Made by a program: the position numbers and the translations under genes
The notes under the pieces: model-generated
Seen by the model: only the letters and a program-made list of their open reading frames with translations
Told to the model about the DNA's origin: nothing
The model's database searches: none
Origin: a virus
Direction: 5' to 3' (one strand)
DNA length: 64,000 nt
IMG/VR virus record: IMGVR_UViG_3300028840_003924
Span: 32,001 to 96,000 of that record
Shown here: one piece after another, positions 43,946 through 54,048 of the stretch
Numbering within the stretch: position 1 is the stretch's first letter
Layout: each line of letters opens with the position of its first letter

Positions 43946-46873
43946 CTAATCTTTCCAATCTATCTCTATAGTTACACCTTCGCCTTGCGATTGTATGTCC
44001 ATATTTCCCTCATCTGAATTGAGTAAGTTCGCAAGCATTGACATCGGTGTCATCGTTTCAATTTCAATATCCACTACGTCATTGTTCCGCCTGTCGACAA
44101 ATGAAAGCGTATCACCGTGGATAGTTACAGGCACTTTCGTGAACTGGTGAATCTCAAAACTTACAGCAGTTCCACTGAGACCCCACATTTTCTTCGGAGT
44201 TGAAAGCGTAATCGTAGTACCGTCGATCTCCAGAATCTCGTGATACTTGCCACCAATCAAAACTAGGAAATTCTCCTTGAACTGACTGTTCTCAAGAAGT
44301 GGCCCCAACCAGTTAGCACCATTGGATATGGATAGGCCAGTTTCGTAGTTGGTCGGACTGGTATCTAACGTCAGTCCACGCACGTCTAGGTAACCTACAG
44401 CCTCGTCGATCAGCCGCCTGAAGACCTCTGCGCTCGTCACGCCCATTGATCCGAAAGTCCAACCGGTAATCAGGAAGTTCTCGTCGTCAATGAACTCACG
44501 AATCTCGTATTGGACGCCACCAATGCGAATATAGTCTCCAACGTTCACTTGGTATTTCGTTCTGAAGTCCGTACCACCATCAATCCGGCCTCGTCGACCT
44601 ACCGCTATGCGACCAGTTGTGCTGGGGTCGCCAACAGATACATCCAAATCTGTCTTCAACTGGTAAGTGATGTTCGACCTATCCTTCAAGTCGCCCCAAC
44701 TAGCCAGAATCAAAGAATCGTTAGGCAACGTCTCGTCAATAAGATAAGTGCCCGCCACCACCGAAGGTGCCGTAACCTCAATCTTCCAGCCAGGAGCCAC
44801 GTTGTTGTGACGGAAATCTACGTCCTCGTCAGTGAAGGTGAAAAGATTGTCCTCAGTGATGCTCGTCACCGTCCCATCAAAAAGCTCATTCGATAACCTG
44901 AAAGGGAACGCAGCAGTATTGAGAGGCCAACCAATCGTGTCGGGAACACCCTGCACAATGTCCACAATCATATTTTGAGGATTCGTCACCTTGTACTCGC
45001 CCCCATCTGGACCCGATAGGATTTCCAAAAGATTGTCCGTTGTATCCAAACCAGAAACGGTGACATCAAACGTCACGCCAGGGGAGTAAAGTACAATAGC
45101 GTCATTCAAGCCACTACCGCTGCCTGTGGCAGCGGTAGTGGCGGTGGCGGTGGCGTTGCGGCGTACTGCGACTGAATCTTCGAGTCCATGCTTGATAACC
45201 CTTGTAAAGATGTCCTGACCGTTGGTCAGAACATCTTCTGGTGTTAGTTGCATGAGTATTTCCACTTCTTCTTGTTGCGGGGTTACATTCTCATTAACTC
45301 CTGCTTGATAGGTGAGCGAGTTCACGAACATGTGGAAGGGTTTGTATTCTTCGATTACATTCTCAATTTCCTCAACACGGGCATCTGTGATATTTTCGAT
45401 TTCTACATCGATATTCACCATGCTACTGATACAACAAGAACATTCATCTAAGAAAGCCTTATCCATATCACAAGGATCGGTCGAATCCCTTAATGAACCG
45501 TTATATTCCTCCATATTATAGATGTTTTCGCTGAATGGAAACTCGGTACGGACACGTCCCCAAACGACGAGAGGTTGTGTTGGGTGACGTGTGGGGCAAA
45601 TCACATCGAACATCGTATCCGTCTCTTCGATCAATCTTACATTCCAGTTCTTTGGAGGGTAAGTTACATCGGCTTCATCTCGCTGATCCGCCAGTGGAAG
45701 CGAGCGGATATATGCTTCTATAGTGGGATCGATGATGGGCCCAATCTTATAGACGATTCGCACGATATCACCATCCACCAATGCAATAGGTGTAGGTGCC
45801 GTCTCACCTGTCCAGGTTAAGACGTAAACGGCATCGTCTGCATCGTAGGTGATTTCGCCATAGTCACTGGCCGTTAATGTCGTGTAAGTAGATGAGCCAT
45901 TAGGTCGGAGGTAAAGCTCAAAATCAGAGGTATCGTAAACACTCTTTGCTAGTTCAAATTCGGTTTGATCATCAGTGACGGTGAAGGCTTCCTGCCATGT
46001 AGCCGACGAGGTAACTTGCCAGAATTGGGTAAGATTATTCAATGTGGCCGCTGATTGGGCTAACGCTTCCCTCAACCCCGCCAAGGTACCTTTTCTTTTG
46101 AAGAGCGGAATTGCTCGTTTGATTTGCCGCCGCCATAGTGTGACATCATCGGATCGCAAGCTCAGATTGAATAGGTTCGACAGATACAATATCATTCGCT
46201 CGTGAATGGCGTTTGCGTCCTGTAAGTCGACCATTTGATTTGCAAGGTCTTCGAGAACAACAAAACCATTAGCCAGTGCTGTGTTGAATCTATCCAGAAT
46301 ATCCGGCGTGAGGTCACCAGGAGCTATCTTTAGTTTCAAGTATTCCGGAAGATACCGTTCAAGCAGAGTGGGATACTTATCGGGATCGGTGATATGAGTG
46401 GGAACTGCCGTATTCGAGGCTGTGTCTGACGCCAACTCAAACGTGACGGACTGTCGCATCAAGTCCCCGGCGATAATTGGCGTCCACGACCAACAGAGGA
46501 TATAGTCACCCTCTCTTGCAAACTCCGGTACCCAGGTAATCTCGAAAGTACCTGTTGAAACCTTCGTAGCTATCGCCATATCCGTATCGGTGGATAGCCA
46601 AGCGGGGTCAATATCCGTTCCAAATGTCTTTGCGACAGTCGCTTGGTTGAAGTAACTTGACAGAACCAAGTCGTCGCCCTCATCAACCTCAATGGTCTTG
46701 TCGAGTCGAAGTGTCTTATCTGTAGTGAACTCTCTTGCGAGGAAATAGACGGTAACCTGATCTAACTTGTATGGATCAATCAGATTTCCATCAGCATCTG
46801 TTGTCGTAACTTCCAACAGAATTGTGTCACTGGTTTTCGGCGATTCGTCTATTCTTACTGGTTCTGTTGGCAT
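43946..46873 (-). CDS. Baseplate wedge protein (P2 gpI/T4 gp7-like)
   Basis: LERYLP, LYL...F...WRRQIKRAIPLFKRKGT..GL, YKPFH. Confidence 0.75.
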   Translation of the reverse strand: MPTEPVRIDESPKTSDTILLEVTTTDADGNLIDPYKLDQVTVYFLAREFTTDKTLRLDKTIEVDEGDDLVLSSYFNQATVAKTFGTDIDPAWLSTDTDMAIATKVSTGTFEITWVPEFAREGDYILCWSWTPIIAGDLMRQSVTFELASDTASNTAVPTHITDPDKYPTLLERYLPEYLKLKIAPGDLTPDILDRFNTALANGFVVLEDLANQMVDLQDANAIHERMILYLSNLFNLSLRSDDVTLWRRQIKRAIPLFKRKGTLAGLREALAQSAATLNNLTQFWQVTSSATWQEAFTVTDDQTEFELAKSVYDTSDFELYLRPNGSSTYTTLTASDYGEITYDADDAVYVLTWTGETAPTPIALVDGDIVRIVYKIGPIIDPTIEAYIRSLPLADQRDEADVTYPPKNWNVRLIEETDTMFDVICPTRHPTQPLVVWGRVRTEFPFSENIYNMEEYNGSLRDSTDPCDMDKAFLDECSCCISSMVNIDVEIENITDARVEEIENVIEEYKPFHMFVNSLTYQAGVNENVTPQQEEVEILMQLTPEDVLTNGQDIFTRVIKHGLEDSVAVRRNATATATTAATGSGSGLNDAIVLYSPGVTFDVTVSGLDTTDNLLEILSGPDGGEYKVTNPQNMIVDIVQGVPDTIGWPLNTAAFPFRLSNELFDGTVTSITEDNLFTFTDEDVDFRHNNVAPGWKIEVTAPSVVAGTYLIDETLPNDSLILASWGDLKDRSNITYQLKTDLDVSVGDPSTTGRIAVGRRGRIDGGTDFRTKYQVNVGDYIRIGGVQYEIREFIDDENFLITGWTFGSMGVTSAEVFRRLIDEAVGYLDVRGLTLDTSPTNYETGLSISNGANWLGPLLENSQFKENFLVLIGGKYHEILEIDGTTITLSTPKKMWGLSGTAVSFEIHQFTKVPVTIHGDTLSFVDRRNNDVVDIEIETMTPMSMLANLLNSDEGNMDIQSQGEGVTIEIDWKD

Positions 46874-46875
46874 GA

Positions 46876-48429
46876 CTATTCATACGAAAAGGTGATTGTT
46901 ATGTTGTCGGGCCGAATAATTTCGTAGTACTGGGCCGTTACGATGGAACCAGAATTGTCCGGATCGGCAGTTACGAATGTGATATCACTTCGTTTGATTT
47001 CCGAGATGTCCGACAAAGCCTTCACAATATCAGCATCCTTAAGGTCATCACCGTAATCCCAACGATTCAAATCGAAGAACGCAGCAGTGCGTGTCTCTGC
47101 CCTTACCTGTACTTCCTCTTGGAACTTCTTGAAGAACTTGTCCATCGTCAATTCGGCAATTACGTCAACCTCAATCACTTCGCCGTCCTTAATACAAACG
47201 TGATCCGTGATCATCTTCTTCTCATCCAACTCTTCGGAAAGGGCAACCTTTAATCCATCGCTGGCCTGTTCTAAGCCACCTTCGTCATTTCTGGCGAGCA
47301 CGAAGAGGTCGATAACGTTCCCCGAACATCCATGGTTTCTCAAGACCGCTGTCGACTTTCCAATTTGACCTTGGTAAGATGTCACAAACTGGTCTGCCAG
47401 CGTCTTGTAATCGTCGCCCGTGACCGCCCGATCCTGTGTCCTTAGGTATGGCGGAAGCTTCAGGCGGATGTCGGTAATCGTGTCACCGTTGTAACCGCCC
47501 GTAGCTCGTGTGTAGTTTGTTATTTCCACGGGTACGGAAATGGCGAAGCCTGTCACTTCAAACGGAAGACTCTGGAGAACCGCATTCGTCACAATGTTTC
47601 CAATGACACCACCACCTTGACGATACGTAACCTCAATAGATGAGCCGCTCGGCGGAATCGCCCCTGCCCGGTTATTGCCGAAGATGATGAATGCCTGCCA
47701 TGTGGAATCAAACTCAACACGATACTCTCGCCTGGGCTCCGAGTCTGTGAAGTACTCCACCTGTTCCCATCGCACCCCGTCTACATCTACACGAACACTA
47801 TCGTACAAGACAGGAATTTCAGTGAGTGTATAACTCTGATTTTGCGACCCGTCGCTCGTAAAGGTGATAACCCTCGTGTTACCCTCCACGCCAACAATAG
47901 ACGTGTTAGAGAAGTTACCCGCAGGAATGATGATATCCTCATCGAAGATCGGTTCGTTGTCCTCGTCGGCGGGGAACAACTCAAATGTCATTGGTGTATC
48001 ATTCGCTACAACATTGATGGACACCGGCGTCGGCATAATCAGGTCCGTGTCAAGTAGACTTCCAAGGGTCGCAGAGAAGTTCGCCTTTGCCGCTATCGGT
48101 GGTGTGGGGGTGAAGCCAACCAACTTTGATAAACGAAAGGCATTCTCGATCTCCCCAACAGTGTCGATGAAAATCTCATTGGCAATCTGGTCCATCTTGT
48201 AGGACAGCATGTCAGCGATAAACGCCCAGTTCTCGATCAACAAAATCGCTAAAGATGACTCGACGAAATCATTGAAATCATCCGGAAAACTCTCTTCGAT
48301 GAATTGAATCAAACGAGTTTTCATAGACCAGAAGTCTTGATTCGTGTAGTTCAAATTGAATTGCGCAGGCGTCCGAATGTCTTGTGACTCCGAAATAGGC
48401 ACCGACTCTAAGTTGCAGTTTATTGTCAT
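46876..48429 (-). CDS. Baseplate wedge subunit (T4 gp6/gpJ-like)
   Basis: YTNQDF, DFVESS, FGNN..G.IP, YRQGGG..GN, ATGG..GDT, QDRAVT.DDY. Confidence 0.9.
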   Translation of the reverse strand: MTINCNLESVPISESQDIRTPAQFNLNYTNQDFWSMKTRLIQFIEESFPDDFNDFVESSLAILLIENWAFIADMLSYKMDQIANEIFIDTVGEIENAFRLSKLVGFTPTPPIAAKANFSATLGSLLDTDLIMPTPVSINVVANDTPMTFELFPADEDNEPIFDEDIIIPAGNFSNTSIVGVEGNTRVITFTSDGSQNQSYTLTEIPVLYDSVRVDVDGVRWEQVEYFTDSEPRREYRVEFDSTWQAFIIFGNNRAGAIPPSGSSIEVTYRQGGGVIGNIVTNAVLQSLPFEVTGFAISVPVEITNYTRATGGYNGDTITDIRLKLPPYLRTQDRAVTGDDYKTLADQFVTSYQGQIGKSTAVLRNHGCSGNVIDLFVLARNDEGGLEQASDGLKVALSEELDEKKMITDHVCIKDGEVIEVDVIAELTMDKFFKKFQEEVQVRAETRTAAFFDLNRWDYGDDLKDADIVKALSDISEIKRSDITFVTADPDNSGSIVTAQYYEIIRPDNITITFSYE

Positions 48430-48430
48430 T

Positions 48431-48745
48431 CTAATCTCCGAACTTCTTCACGAACTCTTCATACGTCATGCTTTCGAGAAATTGGTAAACCAGCACGTCG
48501 TCATCGTGATCGTAACTTGATGCTTCACCTTCGAGGACATAAACACCTATGCGACTATGCCTCGCCGGTCGTTGCTTAAAGATATGACTTCCCAAAGGTC
48601 TCTTCCGAGGTAGTTTTCCGACCTCCAAATAAGACATTCTAGGAGGAATATCCGTATTCAGCGTTACGACACAACTCTCTAAACCATCTGCCGGGCCACC
48701 GATGTATTTGGCTTCAAACTCGTAACCAAACCCTTCAAACTCCAT
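48431..48745 (-). CDS. Hypothetical protein
   Basis: 104-aa ORF within the baseplate operon. Confidence 0.55.
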   Translation of the reverse strand: MEFEGFGYEFEAKYIGGPADGLESCVVTLNTDIPPRMSYLEVGKLPRKRPLGSHIFKQRPARHSRIGVYVLEGEASSYDHDDDVLVYQFLESMTYEEFVKKFGD

Positions 48746-48749
48746 GTAA

Positions 48750-49169
48750 TTATCCCCCTGCTAATGGAACTTCTAAGAGAAGCTCCTTAATTTCCTTTAT
48801 GTTCTCCGGGTCGAGGAAGGAAATGCGTATCAACAATATCGATTCCCGCTGCGTGAGGTCGTCGGCGACATCGAGGTCATCTTCATTAGGGGTTAGCTGA
48901 ATTTGAATGTCCTGAATCACCACCCTCGGCTCCCAAGCAGTCAGTTGCTGTGCTATTCTGGTTCTCACCGACTCAACGGTGAAACTATCGGCAGGCTCAA
49001 AAAGGAAATCATTGAGACCCGTGCCGAATCCCGGCAACATCACCCTCTCACCCGGATGTGTTAGTAATAGAGCAAGCATATCGGACTTTATCTGGGCCGT
49101 TCCTTGCTGAACATGGAAATAACCTCGTGCGTGAGGTTGAATCGGATAAGGCATACCAGCAAATCTCAT
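48750..49169 (-). CDS. gp25/GPW baseplate protein
   Basis: LLLTHPGERVMLPGFGTGL..FLFEP...WEPRV. Confidence 0.92.
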   Translation of the reverse strand: MRFAGMPYPIQPHARGYFHVQQGTAQIKSDMLALLLTHPGERVMLPGFGTGLNDFLFEPADSFTVESVRTRIAQQLTAWEPRVVIQDIQIQLTPNEDDLDVADDLTQRESILLIRISFLDPENIKEIKELLLEVPLAGG

Positions 49170-49183
49170 TTTGTCTCATTCTC

Positions 49184-51274
49184 CTATAGGGTTGCCACTG
49201 TTCCCGCACCCGCACTAGCGGCACCCACACCTGCGGCACCCGCACCTGCGGCACCCAACCCAGTACAAGTTGGGAACCAACCCATTATGGGCACAACCGA
49301 CGTAGCTTCATCTGATGCTGAAACGAAAACTCTATCACTTATAGTTAGTCCACAAGGACCCCAACAGGCTACCGGCATAAAGCATGGCACCGTGTTTGGC
49401 CCCAACTCCACCGAGTCACAATCGAGACCAGCGCCCAGAGCAATAATGTCGTCTGCGAAGTGAACCTCTACCCCACTCTTATAGAAATACACCTCATTAG
49501 CCATGTGGAAATCACTCTCGGTTACAAAGGTTATTTTCGACGCCGGGTAACCAGGAAAGTCCTTAATTCCCACCTGTTCTACCCAAATATCAGTACTAAC
49601 ACCTATGTAGTAACCACCAGATTTGAGAAGAATGAAACCGGGATCACTTGGTGGTGATTCTTGCATTCTGAATAGGTGTGGGCCATGCTCATTCTTCTTC
49701 TGCGGAGACATCAACTCAATGAACTGACCTTCCGCATCGCCATCTTGGTTATTGTCATCTCGCATCAAAAGCTGCAAGCCATAACCCGTTTTCAAAGCGA
49801 CATAGGCTTTATCAGCGTTAGCTGTTGGCTCACCCCCCTCTTTACGGTCGGGCGGCTTGTTATCGACACCCTCGTCAACCATCATCAAGCTGTGCTTCGA
49901 TGTACTCTCAATCTTGATGTGACGAAATTCGCCACCCTTTTTGCTCGATAAGGTGTGATCATTCAACTCGACTCGATGCCCAGCAGCGGTAACAATCTGA
50001 ATGCCATTCGGTTCAAATTCCGGGTCTGACTGGTGGATGAAATCGCCTGATCGAATGTTCGGCTCATCCTCGGCATCACCCAATTTGATCATGTGACCCG
50101 TTGCACTCTTCATGTACATCTTGCCGTAGAACTTATTTTCACAGCCGAATGGGAAAGGTGCTGTTCCCCGCTCCCAGTTCGGTATTCCCTCTGGCTCACT
50201 CACTTCATCGTCCATGACAAAAACGTGACCACTGATTGAGGAAAGAAAAACCCCCGTTTGCTTCAAGATGCATTTATTGTTTTGAGGTGTACACGGACCC
50301 CTAAAGGCTCTTACTTCACTCTCGTGCTTGAATAGTTGATTCTCACATTCAATTTCCGCATAATCACCACACATTGGTGGCTGCCTTACCTTACGGCAGT
50401 CTTCATCGTCACCAATAAACGGGTCAGAACACGCTATCCCACTCCCAGGCCCACCACTAGCATTAGGACCGCACTCGCAAGCCTTTGGATTGACATGCTG
50501 TGCCGCTGCATGCATGTGGTCGTCCCACATGAGAAACGTGTGGCCACCACTAGAACCCAATTCCAAGTGTGTGAAACGCTGATTACAATAGTAATTGCCA
50601 TCATCGAACTTCAGACGATGTTTCCCCGGCGTCTTGATCTCATAGATATGAGAAGGCGTCACCTTGAGAAGAGCTTCCGTGTCCTGCTCAAAAGACTTGA
50701 GGTCATCGAAATCCTTAATGTTGTAGTTCTCCGTATTAGACGGAGGTAGTACTTGCGACTCATCATTCTTTCCAACGAAGTAACCGTTACGATGACCTTG
50801 GTGGATGCATTCATACTCGGGAACGCCGACATTCCAACTATGTGGTGGTTCCCCACGGTTTCTCGTCCAAGTGGTCCCCACGTAGTAAGGCAAATGGCGG
50901 TCACCATTCTCGAAAATAATGCAAACCGTGGAACCTGCGGGAGGGACCCATAAGGCCCCAGAGTCATCAAAGCCACTCAGTGTGGAGATTGGCCATGCCC
51001 ACGGAAGAGAATCAACTGGTGTTTCTTTTGGCGAAATGGCTGGGTGATAGAAACGAATACGACCCTGAGCCCATGGGTCCTTCGTATCAATACAAAGAGC
51101 TAAATGTAAACCATAAAGAGCTTCACTCTGAGTGTCCAAAACCCAGTTCTTTTTCAAAGCAGATTGAACTGCTTGAAGGGTGTTGTACGCAAACTCACTA
51201 AACGTATCCTCTACGCTTGTAAGTCGTTCATCAATTTCAAAGACCCTTTTGAGAGTGTCATTAACCCATTTCAT
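49184..51274 (-). CDS. Baseplate central spike (gp5/VgrG OB-fold)
   Basis: DPWAQGRIRF...LPWA...VP..GS.V.I.FE.GD..P...G and repeated SxxGH beta-helix motifs. AGGAGG before ATG 51274. Confidence 0.85.
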   Translation of the reverse strand: MKWVNDTLKRVFEIDERLTSVEDTFSEFAYNTLQAVQSALKKNWVLDTQSEALYGLHLALCIDTKDPWAQGRIRFYHPAISPKETPVDSLPWAWPISTLSGFDDSGALWVPPAGSTVCIIFENGDRHLPYYVGTTWTRNRGEPPHSWNVGVPEYECIHQGHRNGYFVGKNDESQVLPPSNTENYNIKDFDDLKSFEQDTEALLKVTPSHIYEIKTPGKHRLKFDDGNYYCNQRFTHLELGSSGGHTFLMWDDHMHAAAQHVNPKACECGPNASGGPGSGIACSDPFIGDDEDCRKVRQPPMCGDYAEIECENQLFKHESEVRAFRGPCTPQNNKCILKQTGVFLSSISGHVFVMDDEVSEPEGIPNWERGTAPFPFGCENKFYGKMYMKSATGHMIKLGDAEDEPNIRSGDFIHQSDPEFEPNGIQIVTAAGHRVELNDHTLSSKKGGEFRHIKIESTSKHSLMMVDEGVDNKPPDRKEGGEPTANADKAYVALKTGYGLQLLMRDDNNQDGDAEGQFIELMSPQKKNEHGPHLFRMQESPPSDPGFILLKSGGYYIGVSTDIWVEQVGIKDFPGYPASKITFVTESDFHMANEVYFYKSGVEVHFADDIIALGAGLDCDSVELGPNTVPCFMPVACWGPCGLTISDRVFVSASDEATSVVPIMGWFPTCTGLGAAGAGAAGVGAASAGAGTVATL

Positions 51275-51281
51275 GCTCCTC

Positions 51282-53024
51282 CTATTGCATTCGTGCGCCG
51301 CTCGCATTACCTCCCAGCAACTTATCCCAGTCAATCGTTGAGCCGGGTGCCGGTAGGGTCAGTTTTAGAGTAGTAGTATACGACCCAGGTTTGATATCAT
51401 GATGTATACCGAAGACATACCACTTGAAGTTACTGAAACTCTCGTTGCAAGTCGAGTTAGCTAAAGACCCGGTGGTACCAGAAGGCACCCACTCCGGGCA
51501 ACCACCAGGAGCCGCAGGGCCAATTTCGGTGCTAATTAAACCACTTGATGTCCGACGAGTTTGAACAGTACCTGCCTGTAAGAAGAATGGGTTGATCACG
51601 ATAAGCGATACATGAGCCTGCTTCATCACAAAAGGATGATCTAAAGTGGGGTCTCCTTGTATTCTCAATTCAGCAGTGATTGGTTCATAATTTCGGTTCG
51701 CTCGGGTATGCTTACTATCCGCCTCCATAACAGCATTTCCAGCATTATCGGTCCCGTGTATTCTCACGGAGCCGTCATCCGCAGCTACAATACTAAGAAG
51801 GCCACCTCGGCTTTCTTCTTGACAAGCATCGTTTAGCTTTGCATCGTTATGATCCTTTTGTTTCAAACCCCTAGCGGTAGTTCTATCATGGTGACCACCC
51901 GTGTTCGCCGCCCACATGAAACTCCACTTAACCTGCGGGTTAAACTCAATTACCGGACTGCAATAACCACCATTGACAATGTACGTACCAAGATGATTAT
52001 TACCAACCTTACCCGTAGCACGACTTACTGTTTCGCTGGGTTTTGGTGACCCGTCTTCCCAAATTGCAATCGTTGGGTCTGGGTCTGTATCATGCCACTC
52101 AAATCGTACACCCTTGTCATTCTTGGTCACGGCCCCAGCCATAGAAATCCAATGCTTCGCAGCTTTGTATGCCGCCAAACCTTTGGAATCATAGGGTCTC
52201 TTGTAATCCTGCTTCCAAAACTCCTTGGCAGTTTTTTGTTCGTGCTTGCCGGTACTTGCATTTCGCCAGTGATATTGAACCTTAGCTGGTGGACAACCCG
52301 CAGCGAACAACTGATCTAAAGCATCTCCTAAGGCAACCGGTTCCTTATCAGTACCAACGATCACGTTAGTGGTACCTTCGAGCCCGATCTTCATCTGGTC
52401 AACAGCTTGCAAAACAAATGTGTAACCCTTGTCGAACTTCACGTCCACCTTAATGAGAAGAAAATGATGAAGGCTGCTCCTACTTTGCTTTTTGGGCGAC
52501 CCCCCATTACAGGTGCTAAACTGCCAGCCAAACTGCACGATCACCTGATACTTCTGGCCAGCCTCCGACATATTACTCATCATCTTGGTGAAAAATTTGT
52601 GGAAAGCACCACCCTCTTCGTCCATAATTGAGATGACGACACCCGAACCGTTATCTTGACCGTATTGAAACGATTTGATTACAGCCTTGTTCTGAAACCG
52701 TCTCGATGATTGATTTGAAACGGATATGGTATCATTCGTTCCCGCTACCCGTACTTCAACCCATGGAGCGAGTACCTCTGCATCAAGGGGCTTCTTTACC
52801 GAACCCTCCTTTCCGTTGGCACTAAATCTCTGGCCGCATGAATAGGATAGGCATGAAAAACTCCCCGATTCCGAACCAAAGGTAAGCGCACCGGCACCAC
52901 CACCAGCCCAATTTGGTGGTCGGTCACCATGATTTACTCCCCATTTATCCGGACCTACGCCACCAGCACCTACCTTACCCCCATTGCCTCTTGCTGCTGC
53001 GCCTCGATTCACGCCATCAACCAT
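51282..53024 (-). CDS. Baseplate hub (gp27/late control D-like)
   Basis: Position before gp5. VQFGW, AELRIQGDP, WYV..IHH.I..GSYTT.LKL. Confidence 0.7.
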   Translation of the reverse strand: MVDGVNRGAAARGNGGKVGAGGVGPDKWGVNHGDRPPNWAGGGAGALTFGSESGSFSCLSYSCGQRFSANGKEGSVKKPLDAEVLAPWVEVRVAGTNDTISVSNQSSRRFQNKAVIKSFQYGQDNGSGVVISIMDEEGGAFHKFFTKMMSNMSEAGQKYQVIVQFGWQFSTCNGGSPKKQSRSSLHHFLLIKVDVKFDKGYTFVLQAVDQMKIGLEGTTNVIVGTDKEPVALGDALDQLFAAGCPPAKVQYHWRNASTGKHEQKTAKEFWKQDYKRPYDSKGLAAYKAAKHWISMAGAVTKNDKGVRFEWHDTDPDPTIAIWEDGSPKPSETVSRATGKVGNNHLGTYIVNGGYCSPVIEFNPQVKWSFMWAANTGGHHDRTTARGLKQKDHNDAKLNDACQEESRGGLLSIVAADDGSVRIHGTDNAGNAVMEADSKHTRANRNYEPITAELRIQGDPTLDHPFVMKQAHVSLIVINPFFLQAGTVQTRRTSSGLISTEIGPAAPGGCPEWVPSGTTGSLANSTCNESFSNFKWYVFGIHHDIKPGSYTTTLKLTLPAPGSTIDWDKLLGGNASGARMQ

Positions 53025-53032
53025 AATCCTCC

Positions 53033-53362
53033 TTAAAACCCTGTTAATGCCGGAATGCGTATCGTAAGACCAGCTTTGTAATGAAAGACATCACTGAAAC
53101 TATTTGCTTCCATTATCTGCCACCAATAATCCGGTGTGTTGTAAGCGTACAACGAAGTGATGTCGGGCCGGTATTCTTCACCGGGTGTAATGATTGAAAC
53201 CAAATCATCAATAGTAGTCTCTTTTAGCTGCCTCTTGTAAATCTCAAACGTGATAATGCGATCATCGCCCCGCAATAGTACATCGGAACTCATATACCGA
53301 CTTGTCGTTGGTACAAAGTCACTTTGTTGTGCATTTGGTATAACTTCTACAGGAACTGCCAT
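53033..53362 (-). CDS. gp53/LysM-like baseplate wedge protein
   Basis: YRPDITS..AY.TPDYWW.IM.AN...G.TIRIP. Confidence 0.85.
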   Translation of the reverse strand: MAVPVEVIPNAQQSDFVPTTSRYMSSDVLLRGDDRIITFEIYKRQLKETTIDDLVSIITPGEEYRPDITSLYAYNTPDYWWQIMEANSFSDVFHYKAGLTIRIPALTGF

Positions 53363-53983
53363 TTACTGTCCTTGTTTTAAGATTCTATCTTGGTTTGGAA
53401 GCGAATTAGTTTGTGACCCAGGCGTAGAAGTGTACACAACGTGCCACGAAGTATTCACTTGGAAGTAGACTGGGTACATGTTTCGGGTATCGATGGGAAC
53501 CCACGCCACATTTGTGGGGTAGCTGACACTGTAATTCTCAAGAACGGCACACACAGTTCCATCTGTACCTGTCGGTGTTCCACCACCAACAGGCCCTCCT
53601 AGCAATGACCCAAATCGCAACTTACAAACAGGAGGGGGTTTATACGGAGTGCCTTCTCTGGGATAAACCGCACTTTGTATCGCCCATAAGTTTGATCGAT
53701 TTTCCTCTAAATCGGTCCACTTAATAGATAAGAAATGTAACCGCACGGTGACAATCCGATTATCGCTATGCGAATACGTTTTAATCGGATTTGAACGACC
53801 AATGATCGAAGTATCCGCATAACTCGCCTTTTTCGTGTCTGTTACTTCGGGGAGAATCTTCAATTCAATAACAACTGGCCCGCCACCGTTACTAGGAACA
53901 CTGATTGTAAAATCCTTGCCTAGTGGTCTTAGATCACCACCAAGTCGCTCCGTGGCTAACGGCAACTGGGTCGACATAACCAT
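53363..53983 (-). CDS. Tail tube initiator-like protein
   Basis: IIGRSNPI.TY..S.R, YP....PPP.C.L.FG. GAGG RBS before ATG 53983. Confidence 0.7.
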   Translation of the reverse strand: MVMSTQLPLATERLGGDLRPLGKDFTISVPSNGGGPVVIELKILPEVTDTKKASYADTSIIGRSNPIKTYSHSDNRIVTVRLHFLSIKWTDLEENRSNLWAIQSAVYPREGTPYKPPPVCKLRFGSLLGGPVGGGTPTGTDGTVCAVLENYSVSYPTNVAWVPIDTRNMYPVYFQVNTSWHVVYTSTPGSQTNSLPNQDRILKQGQ

Positions 53984-54048
53984 AAGTGCCTCATATTTCA
54001 AAAGGAAGGTTTCAGTATATAGGAGCGCCACCGTTCTATTTACCGGGA